Below, one piece after another: positions 18,671 to 28,239 of a stretch of 64,000 bases of DNA; positions within the stretch are counted from its first letter, which is position 1, and each line of letters begins with the position of its first letter. The stretch spans positions 140,521-204,520 of the forward strand of contig JAMOPO010000052.1 in the NCBI GenBank assembly GCA_027064425.1, given 5' to 3'. The notes below the pieces were generated by a model that saw only the letters and a list, made by a program, of their open reading frames with translations, was not told the DNA's origin and ran no database searches. The position numbers were made by a program, and so were the translations under genes. The stretch comes from Methanobacteriota archaeon. GTDB lineage: Archaea > JAADCQ01 > Methanopyri > Methanopyrales > Methanopyraceae.

Positions 18671-19291
18671 CTACAGGACGTAGCCCCACTTCACTGGGGT
18701 GACGTTGGCCAGCGAGACCGGCTTCAAATCCTCCGCCTTCAGCACTCCCGTGATCGAGTAGGCCACCGGGTACTCGTCGTCCAGCGACGCCACCTCGAAC
18801 TCGTAGATCGATCCCCGCTTCTCGGCCCGGAACACCGCCAGGATCGCCGGCGCCCGCTCCAGCCTCCTCGCCAGCCGCTCCGGGTCGACCCACGGGTTCC
18901 TGACCTGCACCTCCACGACGTACGCCTCCACCTGGTCGAGGAAAACCGCCGGCGCCCTGCCCAGCCCCTCCCGACGCAGCGTCCGGCTGATCAGCTGCCC
19001 CAGCTCCCACTTGGACATGGGCCTCGGAAGCCGCACGATTATGCACGCCTCCACGGACGAGGGGGCCGTCTTAACGCCGCCCACCCTCACGACGTACGGG
19101 ACCCGGAGCAGCGCTCGATGGACGTCCTTCGGCTTGAGCCCCGGCCTCAGGTTGCAGATGACGACGTGGTAGCACGCCACCTGGGCCCCCTTGGACGAGA
19201 TGGCCCACTGGTACGCCAGGATCCCCGCCACCGAGCCCGTCAGGGCGGCCGCCAAAACGACGATCGCCACCCTGCCCGCCCGCACGCTCAC
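18671..19291 (-). CDS. Membrane-anchored hypothetical protein
   Basis: N-terminal TM helix from re-called GTG 19291, overlapping the upstream stop codon. Confidence 0.6.
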   Translation of the reverse strand: MSVRAGRVAIVVLAAALTGSVAGILAYQWAISSKGAQVACYHVVICNLRPGLKPKDVHRALLRVPYVVRVGGVKTAPSSVEACIIVRLPRPMSKWELGQLISRTLRREGLGRAPAVFLDQVEAYVVEVQVRNPWVDPERLARRLERAPAILAVFRAEKRGSIYEFEVASLDDEYPVAYSITGVLKAEDLKPVSLANVTPVKWGYVL

Positions 19292-20181
19292 AGCCCCCTG
19301 CTCACCGCCACGGTCATCAGTATCGACATCCCCGTCACCCAGGCGACGGAGTTCGGCGCCACCGGCTGCGCGAGGTAGCCCAGCACCCGGATCAGCGCCT
19401 GTACCAGCATCGGGAGCACCCCGACCACCGCGGCACCGACCAGCCACCGCTTACACCACCGCGGCCTCACCGCCCAGACCAGGTAGAGGCCCAATCCCGC
19501 CACCAGCGGCTTGCACATGAACCCGCCGTCAACGGCCCCGAGCACGGTGAGGAACCCGGCGACGGAGAGCATGATCGGCTCCAGCACCGTCCCGCGCCGC
19601 TCGTGCACGCTCAGCGGGTGGAGGAACCCCAGCGCGACGTAAGCGGCCACCGTGATCAGCGCGAGGGGGACGGCGAGAGGCCAGGGGACGTACTTCGCCA
19701 GCACCGAGCCGTAATGGTACTTGGTGCGGACGTGGCGGAGCGCCAGGTCCAGAATCTTACCCACGCACGCCTTCAGCGCGTGGGTGTGCGTGAGGGACGT
19801 CGTCTCCCCGACCGAGCCTCCACCCGTGATGACGACGAGGGTGCCGGCCTTCATCCGGTACGGCGTGTTCAGCTGGATGACCAGCTGGCCGAGGTAGGGA
19901 AGCAGGGCGATGCCGACCACCGTCGCGCCCGCCGCGCGGTTCCCAACCTCGAGCACGGGCCGACCGTGGCCCGCCAGCAGCAGGCACATCAGCCCAACGT
20001 GAGCGAGCAGGAGCGCGGGTTTAGCCTCCGTGGACCCCGTCAGTACCGGGTAGAAGAACTCGCGCACCAGGGCGTCGAGTGGCGTGTCCGTAGCGACCAG
20101 GAGCGCCGCGATTCCCAGCAGGAACGCTCCCGCGAGCCGGAGGTACCGGTCAACCCTCGACCGCCTCGAGGATGCGGTCAA
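19288..20181 (-). CDS. Uncharacterised polytopic membrane protein
   Basis: About 8 hydrophobic segments; tandem within a minus-strand gene run. Confidence 0.65.
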   Translation of the reverse strand: MTASSRRSRVDRYLRLAGAFLLGIAALLVATDTPLDALVREFFYPVLTGSTEAKPALLLAHVGLMCLLLAGHGRPVLEVGNRAAGATVVGIALLPYLGQLVIQLNTPYRMKAGTLVVITGGGSVGETTSLTHTHALKACVGKILDLALRHVRTKYHYGSVLAKYVPWPLAVPLALITVAAYVALGFLHPLSVHERRGTVLEPIMLSVAGFLTVLGAVDGGFMCKPLVAGLGLYLVWAVRPRWCKRWLVGAAVVGVLPMLVQALIRVLGYLAQPVAPNSVAWVTGMSILMTVAVSRGL

Positions 20182-21118
20182 CAGCCTCGGCCCCTCCGCG
20201 GACCAGCCACCTGCCGTCCGGGCGCTCGGCGACCTCCACCGGGTCGGTCTCCTCCACCTCGTCCAGGCTCAGCACGGGAACCCCCGACTCCCGGGCGATC
20301 CAGTGACTTAAGTGCCTCGGATGCAGCTCCCACACCTTGACCGCCCTGTTGCCCACCACGCACGCCTCAATGGTCACCCCGAACCCCCCGGAGAAGACGA
20401 CCGTGTCGGCCACCATCATCGCGCCGGGCAGGTCCACGAATCCGCGCAGGCGGTCGAACCCCGGGGGCGCGCCGACGCGGAACGGAACGACGAGCGGGTC
20501 GTGCTCGGACAGCCGCCTCAGGAGCCGCCTCGCCCCCTCCTCCGTCACGTCCCCTCCCAGGCAGACCAGCACACGATCCCGGCACTCCTCGGGCACCGGG
20601 CCCGGGATCTCACCCCTGAGGTGCCGCTCGGCGAGGTACTGGGCCAGCGGCGGCCCCGGGATGACCCTCGCCCGCGCGCCCGACCTCCGCTCCAGCTCCC
20701 TCGCGAACTCCCGGGAGAAGGGAACCAGTACCTCGGAGGCGAACCGGACCACCTCCACCGGGTTGTACACGTCCATTTCCACGTGCACGGACCTGACGCG
20801 CAGCGCCGCGGCCGCGAGCAGGGACTTCCGCGCGTCCCCGGTGTTGCCGGAGGATAGCACGACCGAGGGCCGATCCCGAGCCATCCGCGCCAGCACCCGG
20901 GTCAGGTCCACCGCGAAGCCGAGGTAGCCGCGCCACCCCTCCCGTCGCCTAGACCTGCCGAGCGTGCGCGCGTCCCGCCCCTCCCACCGTAGCACCTCGG
21001 AGCCGCGCCCGTGCCCGTACACCCGAACGTCCCAGCCCTCGCGCTCGAGCCGCTCGAGGACCGGGAGCAGGTTCTTCGCCGGCGAGGGTTCTACAAGGGC
21101 GAACGCCCGCTCACCCAC
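20150..21118 (-). CDS. GT-B fold glycosyltransferase, MurG/GT28-like
   Basis: RPSVVLSSGN..LLAAAALRVRSVHVEMD parallels MurG; FVDLPGAM.VAD.VV.SGG..V.IEACVVG parallels the UDP-sugar binding motif. Confidence 0.55.
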   Translation of the reverse strand: MGERAFALVEPSPAKNLLPVLERLEREGWDVRVYGHGRGSEVLRWEGRDARTLGRSRRREGWRGYLGFAVDLTRVLARMARDRPSVVLSSGNTGDARKSLLAAAALRVRSVHVEMDVYNPVEVVRFASEVLVPFSREFARELERRSGARARVIPGPPLAQYLAERHLRGEIPGPVPEECRDRVLVCLGGDVTEEGARRLLRRLSEHDPLVVPFRVGAPPGFDRLRGFVDLPGAMMVADTVVFSGGFGVTIEACVVGNRAVKVWELHPRHLSHWIARESGVPVLSLDEVEETDPVEVAERPDGRWLVRGGAEAVDRILEAVEG

Positions 21119-21710
21119 GTCCCAGCCTCCCCTTGGTGGACGGGACGCCCTCCTCGACCACCTCCACCGCCTCCCGCAGGGCCCGAGCCACCGCCTTGAA
21201 CATTGCCTCCACGGCGTGATGATCGTTGTCCCACGCCCGGAACTCCACGTGCATCGTGGTCCCGGAGTTCTCGCAGAAGCTGCGCCAGAAGTGCGGTACG
21301 TTCTCCAGCGAGAGCGGTGGATCGCCGATCCCGGGTCGGGAGGGATTGAACCCGCTGACCCGGAGGTAGGCCCGACCGGACAAGTCCAGGGCGCAGAGGA
21401 CCAGGGAGCCATCCATGGGTACCATGGACCAGGCCATCCGGCGGATCCCGGACCGGTCGCCCAGAGCCTCGTCGAGCGCCTTGCCCAGGCAGATGCCCAC
21501 GTCCTCCACCACGTGGTGATCGTCCACCTCCAGGTCGCCCACCACCTCGACCTCCAGGTCCAGTCCACCGTGAAGCGCCAGCTGTTCCAGCAGGTGGTCA
21601 AAGAACGGGAGCCCGGTGTCAACGTCGGCGGAGCCCTCCCCGTCGAGATCCATCCGGACGCTGACGTCCGTCTCCTCGGTCCTCCGCCGGACCTCTCCCA
21701 CCCTGCTCAA
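21111..21710 (-). CDS. hisB: Imidazoleglycerol-phosphate dehydratase
   Basis: RRTEETD, FFDHLL, DDHHVVED, NDHHAVEA.FKA, PSTKG. Confidence 0.96.
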   Translation of the reverse strand: MSRVGEVRRRTEETDVSVRMDLDGEGSADVDTGLPFFDHLLEQLALHGGLDLEVEVVGDLEVDDHHVVEDVGICLGKALDEALGDRSGIRRMAWSMVPMDGSLVLCALDLSGRAYLRVSGFNPSRPGIGDPPLSLENVPHFWRSFCENSGTTMHVEFRAWDNDHHAVEAMFKAVARALREAVEVVEEGVPSTKGRLGRG

Positions 21711-21775
21711 CGCGACTCTCCCCGCCGATCGATCCGTCTAAAAGGCCGGCTCGGGGCATCGGGCCGGGCGATCGC

Positions 21776-22174
21776 GTGGAGCGCGCGCTGGCGGCTGCGT
21801 GCGTGCTGCTGGGCGCGGTGCTGCTGTGGGCGTCCCACGGGGTGCCAGAGGATAAGGTTACGGCCGCGAGCCTTCGCGGGCTTCCGGACGGAACGCTGGT
21901 GCTCGTGGACGGGAAGGTCTCACGGCTTGTCACGCTCCGGCGCGGGTGCTTGGTGGAGGTGCGGGTTAGGGACGGCACGGTGCCGGTGTACCTCACGGAG
22001 TCCGCCGGTCGGGAGCGTGTGCCGGCCCCGGGCGAAAGGTTTCGAGCCCTGGGCCGAGTGGAATCCTACGAGGGTAGGAAGGAGGTGAGGGTTGATGCGT
22101 CGGGGCTACGTGCTGCCGGTGGCGGTGGGCGTTCTGGTGGCCCTGATCCTGCCGTACGTGGTGTACGGTGGTAA
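21776..22174 (+). CDS. Membrane-anchored OB-fold protein
   Basis: N-terminal TM, V.V.G.V, V.DGT, GRVESYEGRKEV. Confidence 0.6.
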   Translation: MERALAAACVLLGAVLLWASHGVPEDKVTAASLRGLPDGTLVLVDGKVSRLVTLRRGCLVEVRVRDGTVPVYLTESAGRERVPAPGERFRALGRVESYEGRKEVRVDASGLRAAGGGGRSGGPDPAVRGVRW

Positions 22175-22898
22175 GCCGGAGGGTCCGGGCTACCCGACGG
22201 AGCTTTACGGGTTCAGGGTCAGCCTGGCGAGTCCCGATCTGGCCGTCACGGACATCGTACCCAGGAAGACGCTGCTGATGGAGCACGAGCTGCGGGTCGA
22301 CTCGCCGGGCTGGTCGGTGCACTTCGTGCCGGACTGGCCTCCCGTCGTTCTGGTTCACGCGGTGAGAATGAGCGACGAAGAACTGGCGGTTAGGAACCTG
22401 TGGGCGGTCGTCCTCCAGGAGGGTGCCGGGCGGATCTTCATGCCGGACGAGTTCGTGGAGGGCGGCGTGCCGGGGCTGATCACGGGGATCGCCGGCCAGG
22501 CGTGGGCGTGGAAGCACCTGAAGTGGGCCCGGAAGTACGGGGTGATCCACGGGCTGCGGAGGTACGCGCGGGAGGTGGGCCCGAGCCGGGTAAGTCGAGA
22601 GATCCGTCGGGAGTACGGGAAGGAGCCGTGGCGGGCCCTGCTGGACTTCTGTGAGATGATGCGGTGCAGCGACGTGGGGCGCTTCCTGCGCTCCAAGCGC
22701 CTGTCCTTCCGGGACTTCTTAACCAGCCGGGATCCGGAGTTAGTCGCCCAGGTCCTGACGGTGCTGGACCTGGGCAGACTGGACCCGGAGGTGGCTAAGA
22801 AGAGGATCCGGTACGTGTTGGACGCTCGGGCGTACCCGCTGCCAAAAAGTGAGGAGTGGGCGTTGAGGGAGGCGGCGCGGAGGCTGCTTCACGGGTGA
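22092..22898 (+). CDS. Hypothetical protein with N-terminal TM helix
   Basis: GGAGGTGA SD before the start; normal coding composition. Confidence 0.65.
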   Translation: MMRRGYVLPVAVGVLVALILPYVVYGGKPEGPGYPTELYGFRVSLASPDLAVTDIVPRKTLLMEHELRVDSPGWSVHFVPDWPPVVLVHAVRMSDEELAVRNLWAVVLQEGAGRIFMPDEFVEGGVPGLITGIAGQAWAWKHLKWARKYGVIHGLRRYAREVGPSRVSREIRREYGKEPWRALLDFCEMMRCSDVGRFLRSKRLSFRDFLTSRDPELVAQVLTVLDLGRLDPEVAKKRIRYVLDARAYPLPKSEEWALREAARRLLHG

Positions 22899-23806
22899 AG
22901 GTCGATGCCCAGGGCCTCGCAGATCTCCTTGTACCGGTTGCGGATGGTGACCTCGGTTACCTTGGCGACCTCGGCGATCTCCCGCTGCGTCCGGCGTTCG
23001 CCCTCGAGGATGCAGGCGATGTAGAGGGCCGCGGCGGCGATGCCGGCGGGACCCTTGCCCACGGTGATGCCCTTCTCCTTCGCCTTCTCGATGATCTCCT
23101 GCGCCTTCGCCTCGACGTCCTCCGAGACGTTCAGCTTGGACGCGAAGCGTGGCAGGTGGTCCGAGGGCTCGGTCGGGCGCTGGTTGAGTCCGAGCTTGCG
23201 CTGCAGGACCCGGTAGGCGCGGAGGATCTCGTTCTCGTCGGGCATGTTCAGCGCCTCGGCGATCTCGCGGGCCGTGCGTGGGTGCCTCGTCTCCTTGCAC
23301 GCGGCGAAGACGGCCGCTCCGAGCACGCTCTCGATCCCGCGCCCGCGGACGATTCCCTTCTCGTACGCCTTCCGGTAGATCGCGGCGGCGCGCTCCTTCG
23401 CCGGCTCGGGGAGCTGCAGCTTGGAGGCCAGCACCTCGAGCTCTTGGAACGCCTGCTGGAAGTTACGCTCCCGGCTGCTGGAGGCCTTGATCCGGTTGTC
23501 CCAGGTTCTCAGCCGCTGCATGTGCGGGTTCTTCCGTCCGGAGGAGTCGCGCAGCTCGCGGTCGATGATCGTGGACAGGCCCTTATCCGGCAGCCGGACC
23601 TTCGCGGGCTCCCCGGTCCGGGAGCGGCGCTGCCGCTGGTCGGAGTTGAAGTGGCGCCACTCCGGGCCGGGGTCGATCACGGGTTCCTCGTTCACGAGCC
23701 CGCACTTCTCGCAAACGTACTCACCGCGCTCCTCATCGAAGACGATCTCGCGGGACCCGCAGGCCGGGCAGACCATCTCCCCAGCATCCTTCTCAGAATT
23801 AGCCAT
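22889..23806 (-). CDS. tfb: Transcription initiation factor IIB
   Basis: CPACGS..GEYVCEKCG, IDPGPEWR, two cyclin repeats, VTEVTIRNRYKE. Start re-called at ATG 23806. Confidence 0.96.
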   Translation of the reverse strand: MANSEKDAGEMVCPACGSREIVFDEERGEYVCEKCGLVNEEPVIDPGPEWRHFNSDQRQRRSRTGEPAKVRLPDKGLSTIIDRELRDSSGRKNPHMQRLRTWDNRIKASSSRERNFQQAFQELEVLASKLQLPEPAKERAAAIYRKAYEKGIVRGRGIESVLGAAVFAACKETRHPRTAREIAEALNMPDENEILRAYRVLQRKLGLNQRPTEPSDHLPRFASKLNVSEDVEAKAQEIIEKAKEKGITVGKGPAGIAAAALYIACILEGERRTQREIAEVAKVTEVTIRNRYKEICEALGIDLHP

Positions 23807-23822
23807 GCCTCGGCACACCCCA

Positions 23823-24101
23823 TTACCTCCGCCGGGGTCGCCTACGCCTTCTCCTCGGGGGCCTACGCCTGCGTCTGGGCGGGATGAACAGCTCCTTGCC
23901 CACGAATCTCTCCAACCGCTCCTTCGACTTGTCCCGGATCGCCACGTAGGGCTTGTCCGCAGGCCCGAACACGTCGACGATGATGCCCACACGCTCCCGG
24001 CGGCGGGTCACCACGGGCGCGCCCAGCGGCGGTACCTCCTCGGCTCGGGCGATCAGGTTCCCCCGAGGGGTTACGTGCAGGGCCTTCCCGAGCCTGCGCA
24101 T
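23823..24101 (-). CDS. gar1: H/ACA RNP protein Gar1
   Basis: MRRLGKALH..VG.IVDVFGP.DKPYV; Arg-rich tail; conserved position upstream of tfb. Confidence 0.88.
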   Translation of the reverse strand: MRRLGKALHVTPRGNLIARAEEVPPLGAPVVTRRRERVGIIVDVFGPADKPYVAIRDKSKERLERFVGKELFIPPRRRRRPPRRRRRRPRRR

Positions 24102-24140
24102 GGTGACACCGCCTCCATGTTCGATGTTGAGGCTCCGGCT

Positions 24141-24665
24141 TTATCCTTTACGCGTGAACCTCCGGCTAACGCGCTCCTGACGCGACCGCTTGTTGGCACA
24201 CTCAGAGCACACGTCGACTTTCTTGTTGCTCTTAAACCTCTTACCACACAGTTTGCACCTGCACTCGTAGAGGCGCGCCCGCTTCCCCTCCCGCCTCGCC
24301 ATCCGCTTGATCCGGCTCGTCCGCTCCACCTCCCGGGTCAGGTAGAACCAGGTATCACCGAACACGTCTCGGCCCCGCATGACCACCTTCCTCGCCACCT
24401 CCAGCCCGGACGGGTCCCCCCTCATGGCCCGGACCATCGCGCTTAAGAACTGCCTCTCCCGGTACCGGTAGATGTCGATGGCGTCGTTCGGGCAGACGCG
24501 GACGCACTCGTCGCACGCGTCGCAGGCCTCCAGGTTTACGATCACGACCTCGTCGCCCTTCACATCCAGCACGCCGCGGTCGCACACCTCCACGCAGAGC
24601 GCGCAGGAGGGACCCTCGCAGCGCTCCCGATCGATCTCGATCCTTCGGACCGCCAACTCCTCCAC
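24141..24665 (-). CDS. 2[4Fe-4S] ferredoxin-domain protein with C-terminal Zn-finger
   Basis: CEGPSCALCVEVC, CDACDECVRVCP, then CKLC..CSEC. Confidence 0.8.
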   Translation of the reverse strand: MEELAVRRIEIDRERCEGPSCALCVEVCDRGVLDVKGDEVVIVNLEACDACDECVRVCPNDAIDIYRYRERQFLSAMVRAMRGDPSGLEVARKVVMRGRDVFGDTWFYLTREVERTSRIKRMARREGKRARLYECRCKLCGKRFKSNKKVDVCSECANKRSRQERVSRRFTRKG

Positions 24666-24673
24666 CCCAGGGG

Positions 24674-25078
24674 ATGAAACGCTTGAACGTGCATGTTAGG
24701 GAGCGGGAAGGAGACGTCGTGCTGGAGTTCTGCGGGGAGGACGGGTGCATCCAGGTGTCGGCCCGGGCCTTCTACACCGCGGTGATAATGAGCGGCGAGG
24801 ACACCGTGGAGAAGACCAAGGAGCTCCTCACCAAGCCCTTCGAGCTGCTCGGGGAGGATCCCCCCGAGGTGCGCGTCCGCAGGTCGGAGGATCCGGAGGG
24901 TACCCTGCTGAACCCTTGGGTGACCTCGTCGCACGAGGAGGTCGAGTTCTTTACGTTCGAGCTGGAACGGGGAGGCGAGACTTTAAAACTCTCCTTGGCA
25001 GTCCCGCGCGGCTCTCGGGGCGGCACCTCAAAAATCAAGGAGGTCATTAACCTATTGAAGTCTCGACTCCCGTGGTGA
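24674..25078 (+). CDS. Hypothetical protein
   Basis: ATG with GGGG SD; acidic coding composition. Confidence 0.65.
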   Translation: MKRLNVHVREREGDVVLEFCGEDGCIQVSARAFYTAVIMSGEDTVEKTKELLTKPFELLGEDPPEVRVRRSEDPEGTLLNPWVTSSHEEVEFFTFELERGGETLKLSLAVPRGSRGGTSKIKEVINLLKSRLPW

Positions 25079-25096
25079 GCCGGAGGTGAGCTCGTC

Positions 25097-26026
25097 TTGT
25101 ACCCGCGGGGTAGAAAGGCCACCCTGGCCGCGATCCTGCGCACGATCCTGAAGGATCAGCCCTCAACGCAGAAAGAGATAGCCGAGAAGGTGGGCGTCTC
25201 GCGGCGGTACGTGACGGAGCTGCTTCAGCCGCTGATGGAGAAGGGGGCCGTTTTCCGGACGTACGCCGTCGACATGACCAAGCTCCGCCGGCACTTCCCC
25301 GAGCTGTTCGAGGAGCTCGGTCGACACATCTACGAGGACATCGAGTCGCACCTGGAGAGCGTCCGCCCCTACTTCGAGCGGATGATCGACCTGACGGAGT
25401 CACAGGTGGAGAGCGCGATCCTGGCCATCGAGGAGGACCCGAGCCTCGCCCAGAAGATCGTGAAGATGGACGAGGAGGTCAACCGGCTGGACGAGGAGAT
25501 CCGGCTGTACGTTCGAGCGCTTCCAACGTTCCACCCGTGCGAGGAGGCGGGGAAAGTCTCGACGCTCCTCCTCGAGATCTCGCACTGCATCGAGCGGATC
25601 GGAGACTACGCGTGCAACATCGCGGAGGTGGCGGACAGGATCGGAACGCTCTCCGACCTGGGGTGCTGGGAGGAGCTCAAGGAGGCCGCGGAGCGGGCCC
25701 GGTCGATGGTCTCGACCTCGTACGACGCGTTCCTATCCCTGTCCAAGCGTCGGGTCAAGAAGGCCGCGGAGGACGTGTACCGGCAGGAGGAGCGCGTCCA
25801 CGATAGCATAATAAAGGCCTGCGACGATGCGATCAAGGAAACGGAGGAGTTTCCGTCCCGCGCCCGGTACCTCTTCGCCGTGTCACGCGTGACGAAGGAC
25901 GTCGAGCGCATCGCGGACAAGGCCGTCGATATCGTCGACTACACGCGAGAGCTGGTCGAGGGTCGACCGCGCGACCTGACCCCGGAGCAGGAGGTGAGGG
26001 GAACCATCCCGGCCGACACCGCGTAA
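25097..26026 (+). CDS. HTH + tandem PhoU domain regulator
   Basis: TQKEIAEKVGVSRRYV HTH; IERIGDYACNIAE and VERIADKAVDI PhoU motifs. Confidence 0.85.
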   Translation: MYPRGRKATLAAILRTILKDQPSTQKEIAEKVGVSRRYVTELLQPLMEKGAVFRTYAVDMTKLRRHFPELFEELGRHIYEDIESHLESVRPYFERMIDLTESQVESAILAIEEDPSLAQKIVKMDEEVNRLDEEIRLYVRALPTFHPCEEAGKVSTLLLEISHCIERIGDYACNIAEVADRIGTLSDLGCWEELKEAAERARSMVSTSYDAFLSLSKRRVKKAAEDVYRQEERVHDSIIKACDDAIKETEEFPSRARYLFAVSRVTKDVERIADKAVDIVDYTRELVEGRPRDLTPEQEVRGTIPADTA

Positions 26027-26042
26027 GGGGGGTGCCGGGACG

Positions 26043-26768
26043 GTGCACTACGTCGGGCTGGGCGGCTTCGGATGCCGGTTCTCCTCCCACGCTTCCAACG
26101 CCGGCTTCCGAGTGCTCGCCTGCGTCGGCTCCAAGGGTGACCTCCTGCGGGTCTCGGAGGGCAAGACCGTCGAGGTAGCACCGGACATCGGCTACAACCG
26201 CGACTGGCGTCGAGCCTCCGAGGAGCTCGCGGATCACGAGAAGGCCATGAACACGATCCGCAAGTGCCTCGAGCAGCACCTGGACGGCCCCACGCTCATG
26301 GCGTTCGGACTGGGCGGAGCAGTGGGGTTCGCGCTCGCCCGACCCTTCCTCGAGGACCCTCCCGTCCCCTTCGTCCTCCTCGTCACGATCCCGGGCGAGT
26401 CCGAGGATCCCCAGGTCCGACGCAACGCGCGCGAGCAGGTGGACGTGGTGCTGAAGGTCTCCTCCAAGCTCCCGATCCTCTGGGTGGACAACGATATTGG
26501 TGGAGGCTACGACCGGGTCAACCGGATGCTCGAGAAGACGCTCTCCGAGTTCCGGGAGTTCCTGAACGTCCCGGTCGAGGAGCTCCCGAACATGGCCGGG
26601 AACTACGCGGTCTCCCCCTCCCTACCCGGCGAGCGCGTGACCGAGGAGATCGTCAAGACGAACCCCAGCGAGATCCGTCGGCTCGTGAGCGATCGGGAGC
26701 CCGAGGAGCGCGTGATCAAGGAGGAGCGGAAGGGGCCGGACCCGGACTCACTGAGGGAGCTGTTCTAG
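26043..26768 (+). CDS. Truncated, divergent tubulin/FtsZ GTPase-domain protein
   Basis: VGLGGFG (T1), FGLGGAVG (degenerate T4), VTIP..E..RRNA (T5), WVDND (T6), YDRVNRML (H7). No C-terminal domain. Confidence 0.7.
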   Translation: MHYVGLGGFGCRFSSHASNAGFRVLACVGSKGDLLRVSEGKTVEVAPDIGYNRDWRRASEELADHEKAMNTIRKCLEQHLDGPTLMAFGLGGAVGFALARPFLEDPPVPFVLLVTIPGESEDPQVRRNAREQVDVVLKVSSKLPILWVDNDIGGGYDRVNRMLEKTLSEFREFLNVPVEELPNMAGNYAVSPSLPGERVTEEIVKTNPSEIRRLVSDREPEERVIKEERKGPDPDSLRELF

Positions 26769-26781
26769 GGGGCGGCCTCCG

Positions 26782-27009
26782 ATGACTCGGAAGGCCAGGG
26801 TCACGCTCACGCTCTCAGAGGACGCCCTGGCCCGGGTCCTGGCGGCCAAGGACGCGCTGGAGGGGGAGAGCATCTCCTCCACGGTCGGCAAGCTGGTGAA
26901 GTTCGGGTTCGCCTACCTACGAGAGAAGTTCCCCGAGCTCTTCGAAGGCATCGACCTGGAGGAGTACCGCCACAAGGCCCGAGAGCGCTGGTTCAGCGAG
27001 CGGTCATAA
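26782..27009 (+). CDS. Small ribbon-helix-helix-like DNA-binding protein
   Basis: KARVTLTLSEDAL..ESISSTVGKLV beta-helix-helix pattern; 75 aa. Confidence 0.6.
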   Translation: MTRKARVTLTLSEDALARVLAAKDALEGESISSTVGKLVKFGFAYLREKFPELFEGIDLEEYRHKARERWFSERS

Positions 27010-27046
27010 CTTTTAACTCCCCGCCTCCCCACGCCCGGGGCGCCGC

Positions 27047-28210
27047 ATGGAGGTTCCCTCGGGCTTCCTGCTTGGCGGCGTGAAGCGGGACGTAGGCGTG
27101 GGCCTGCTGTTCTCCGAGACCAGGTGCTCGGTCGCGGGCGTATTCACGCGGAACACCCTCCGCGCCGCTCCCGTCGAATACTCCGAGGAGGTGTGCTCCC
27201 GCGGGCGCGCCCGTGGAGTGATCGTCAACAGTGGCCACGCGAACGCTCTCACCGGCGAGGAGGGGATGCAGGACGTCCTCCGGATGGCCGACGGCGCCTC
27301 ACGGCTGTTCGGGGTGCCCGACGACGAGGTTCTAGTGTGCTCGACCGGAGTCATCGGCGAGCGGCCGCCCGTGGACAGGATCCTGAAGCTGGCCGAGGAG
27401 GTCTGGGAGTCCCGGATGGGGTCCGATCCGGAGCACGTCCGCGCCTTCAACGAGGCCATCATGACGACGGACACTCGGGAGAAGGTCTCGTCGTACTCCG
27501 GCGGCGACTGGTGCCTCCTCGGGGTGGCGAAGGGCGCCGGCATGATCCACCCGCGGATGTCGACCATGCTGGCCTTCCTGATCACGGACGTCCGGGCCGC
27601 GTCCCACGATCTCCAGCCCGTGCTGCGAGACGCCGTCGAGGACACGTTCAACATGATCAGCGTGGACGCCGACGAGAGCACCAACGACACCGTCCTCCTG
27701 ATGGCCAACGGGGCGTCCGGGCTCGAGGTGGGCAGGGACGTGCCGGAGTCTGAGTTCGAGAAGGCCGTGAGGAAGGTGTGCGAGGACTTGGCCCGGGAGA
27801 TCGCTCGGGACGGTGAGGGATCGACCAAGCTCCTGGAGGTGGAGGTGCGCGGGGCTCGGTCCCGGAAGGAGGCCAGAAGGGCTGCCAGGGCGGTGGTCTC
27901 CTCCAACCTGGTGAAGGCCGCCCTCTTCGGCGAGGACCCGAACTGGGGGAGGGTGGGCGCGGCGATCGGCGCCGCGCGGGTCGATGTCGACCCGAGCTCC
28001 CTCAAGATCATCTTCGAAAGCTCGGAGGGAAGGGTGGTAACCTACGACGGCGGTCCCGTCAAGTTCGATGAGGAGGAGGCGGCGCGGATTTTATCCGACC
28101 GAGAGGTCCGGATCGTGGTGGACCTGGGAGTGGGTGACGAGTCCGCCCGCGCCTGGGGGTGCGACCTGACCTACGATTACGTCAAGATAAATGCCGAGTA
28201 CCGCACGTGA
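27047..28210 (+). CDS. argJ: Glutamate N-acetyltransferase / ornithine acetyltransferase
   Basis: [54 protein letters not shown]. Confidence 0.96.
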   Translation: MEVPSGFLLGGVKRDVGVGLLFSETRCSVAGVFTRNTLRAAPVEYSEEVCSRGRARGVIVNSGHANALTGEEGMQDVLRMADGASRLFGVPDDEVLVCSTGVIGERPPVDRILKLAEEVWESRMGSDPEHVRAFNEAIMTTDTREKVSSYSGGDWCLLGVAKGAGMIHPRMSTMLAFLITDVRAASHDLQPVLRDAVEDTFNMISVDADESTNDTVLLMANGASGLEVGRDVPESEFEKAVRKVCEDLAREIARDGEGSTKLLEVEVRGARSRKEARRAARAVVSSNLVKAALFGEDPNWGRVGAAIGAARVDVDPSSLKIIFESSEGRVVTYDGGPVKFDEEEAARILSDREVRIVVDLGVGDESARAWGCDLTYDYVKINAEYRT

Positions 28211-28239
28211 AGATCGGGCGCGCACAGGGGAAGCCCGCC

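Noticed and set aside
17384-19378. 664-aa + strand ORF (likewise 37315-38739, 39629-41407 and the 5' part of 50051-51856)
   Set aside because: Antisense to metG, pan, nox or glmM; His/Leu/Arg-rich shadow composition.
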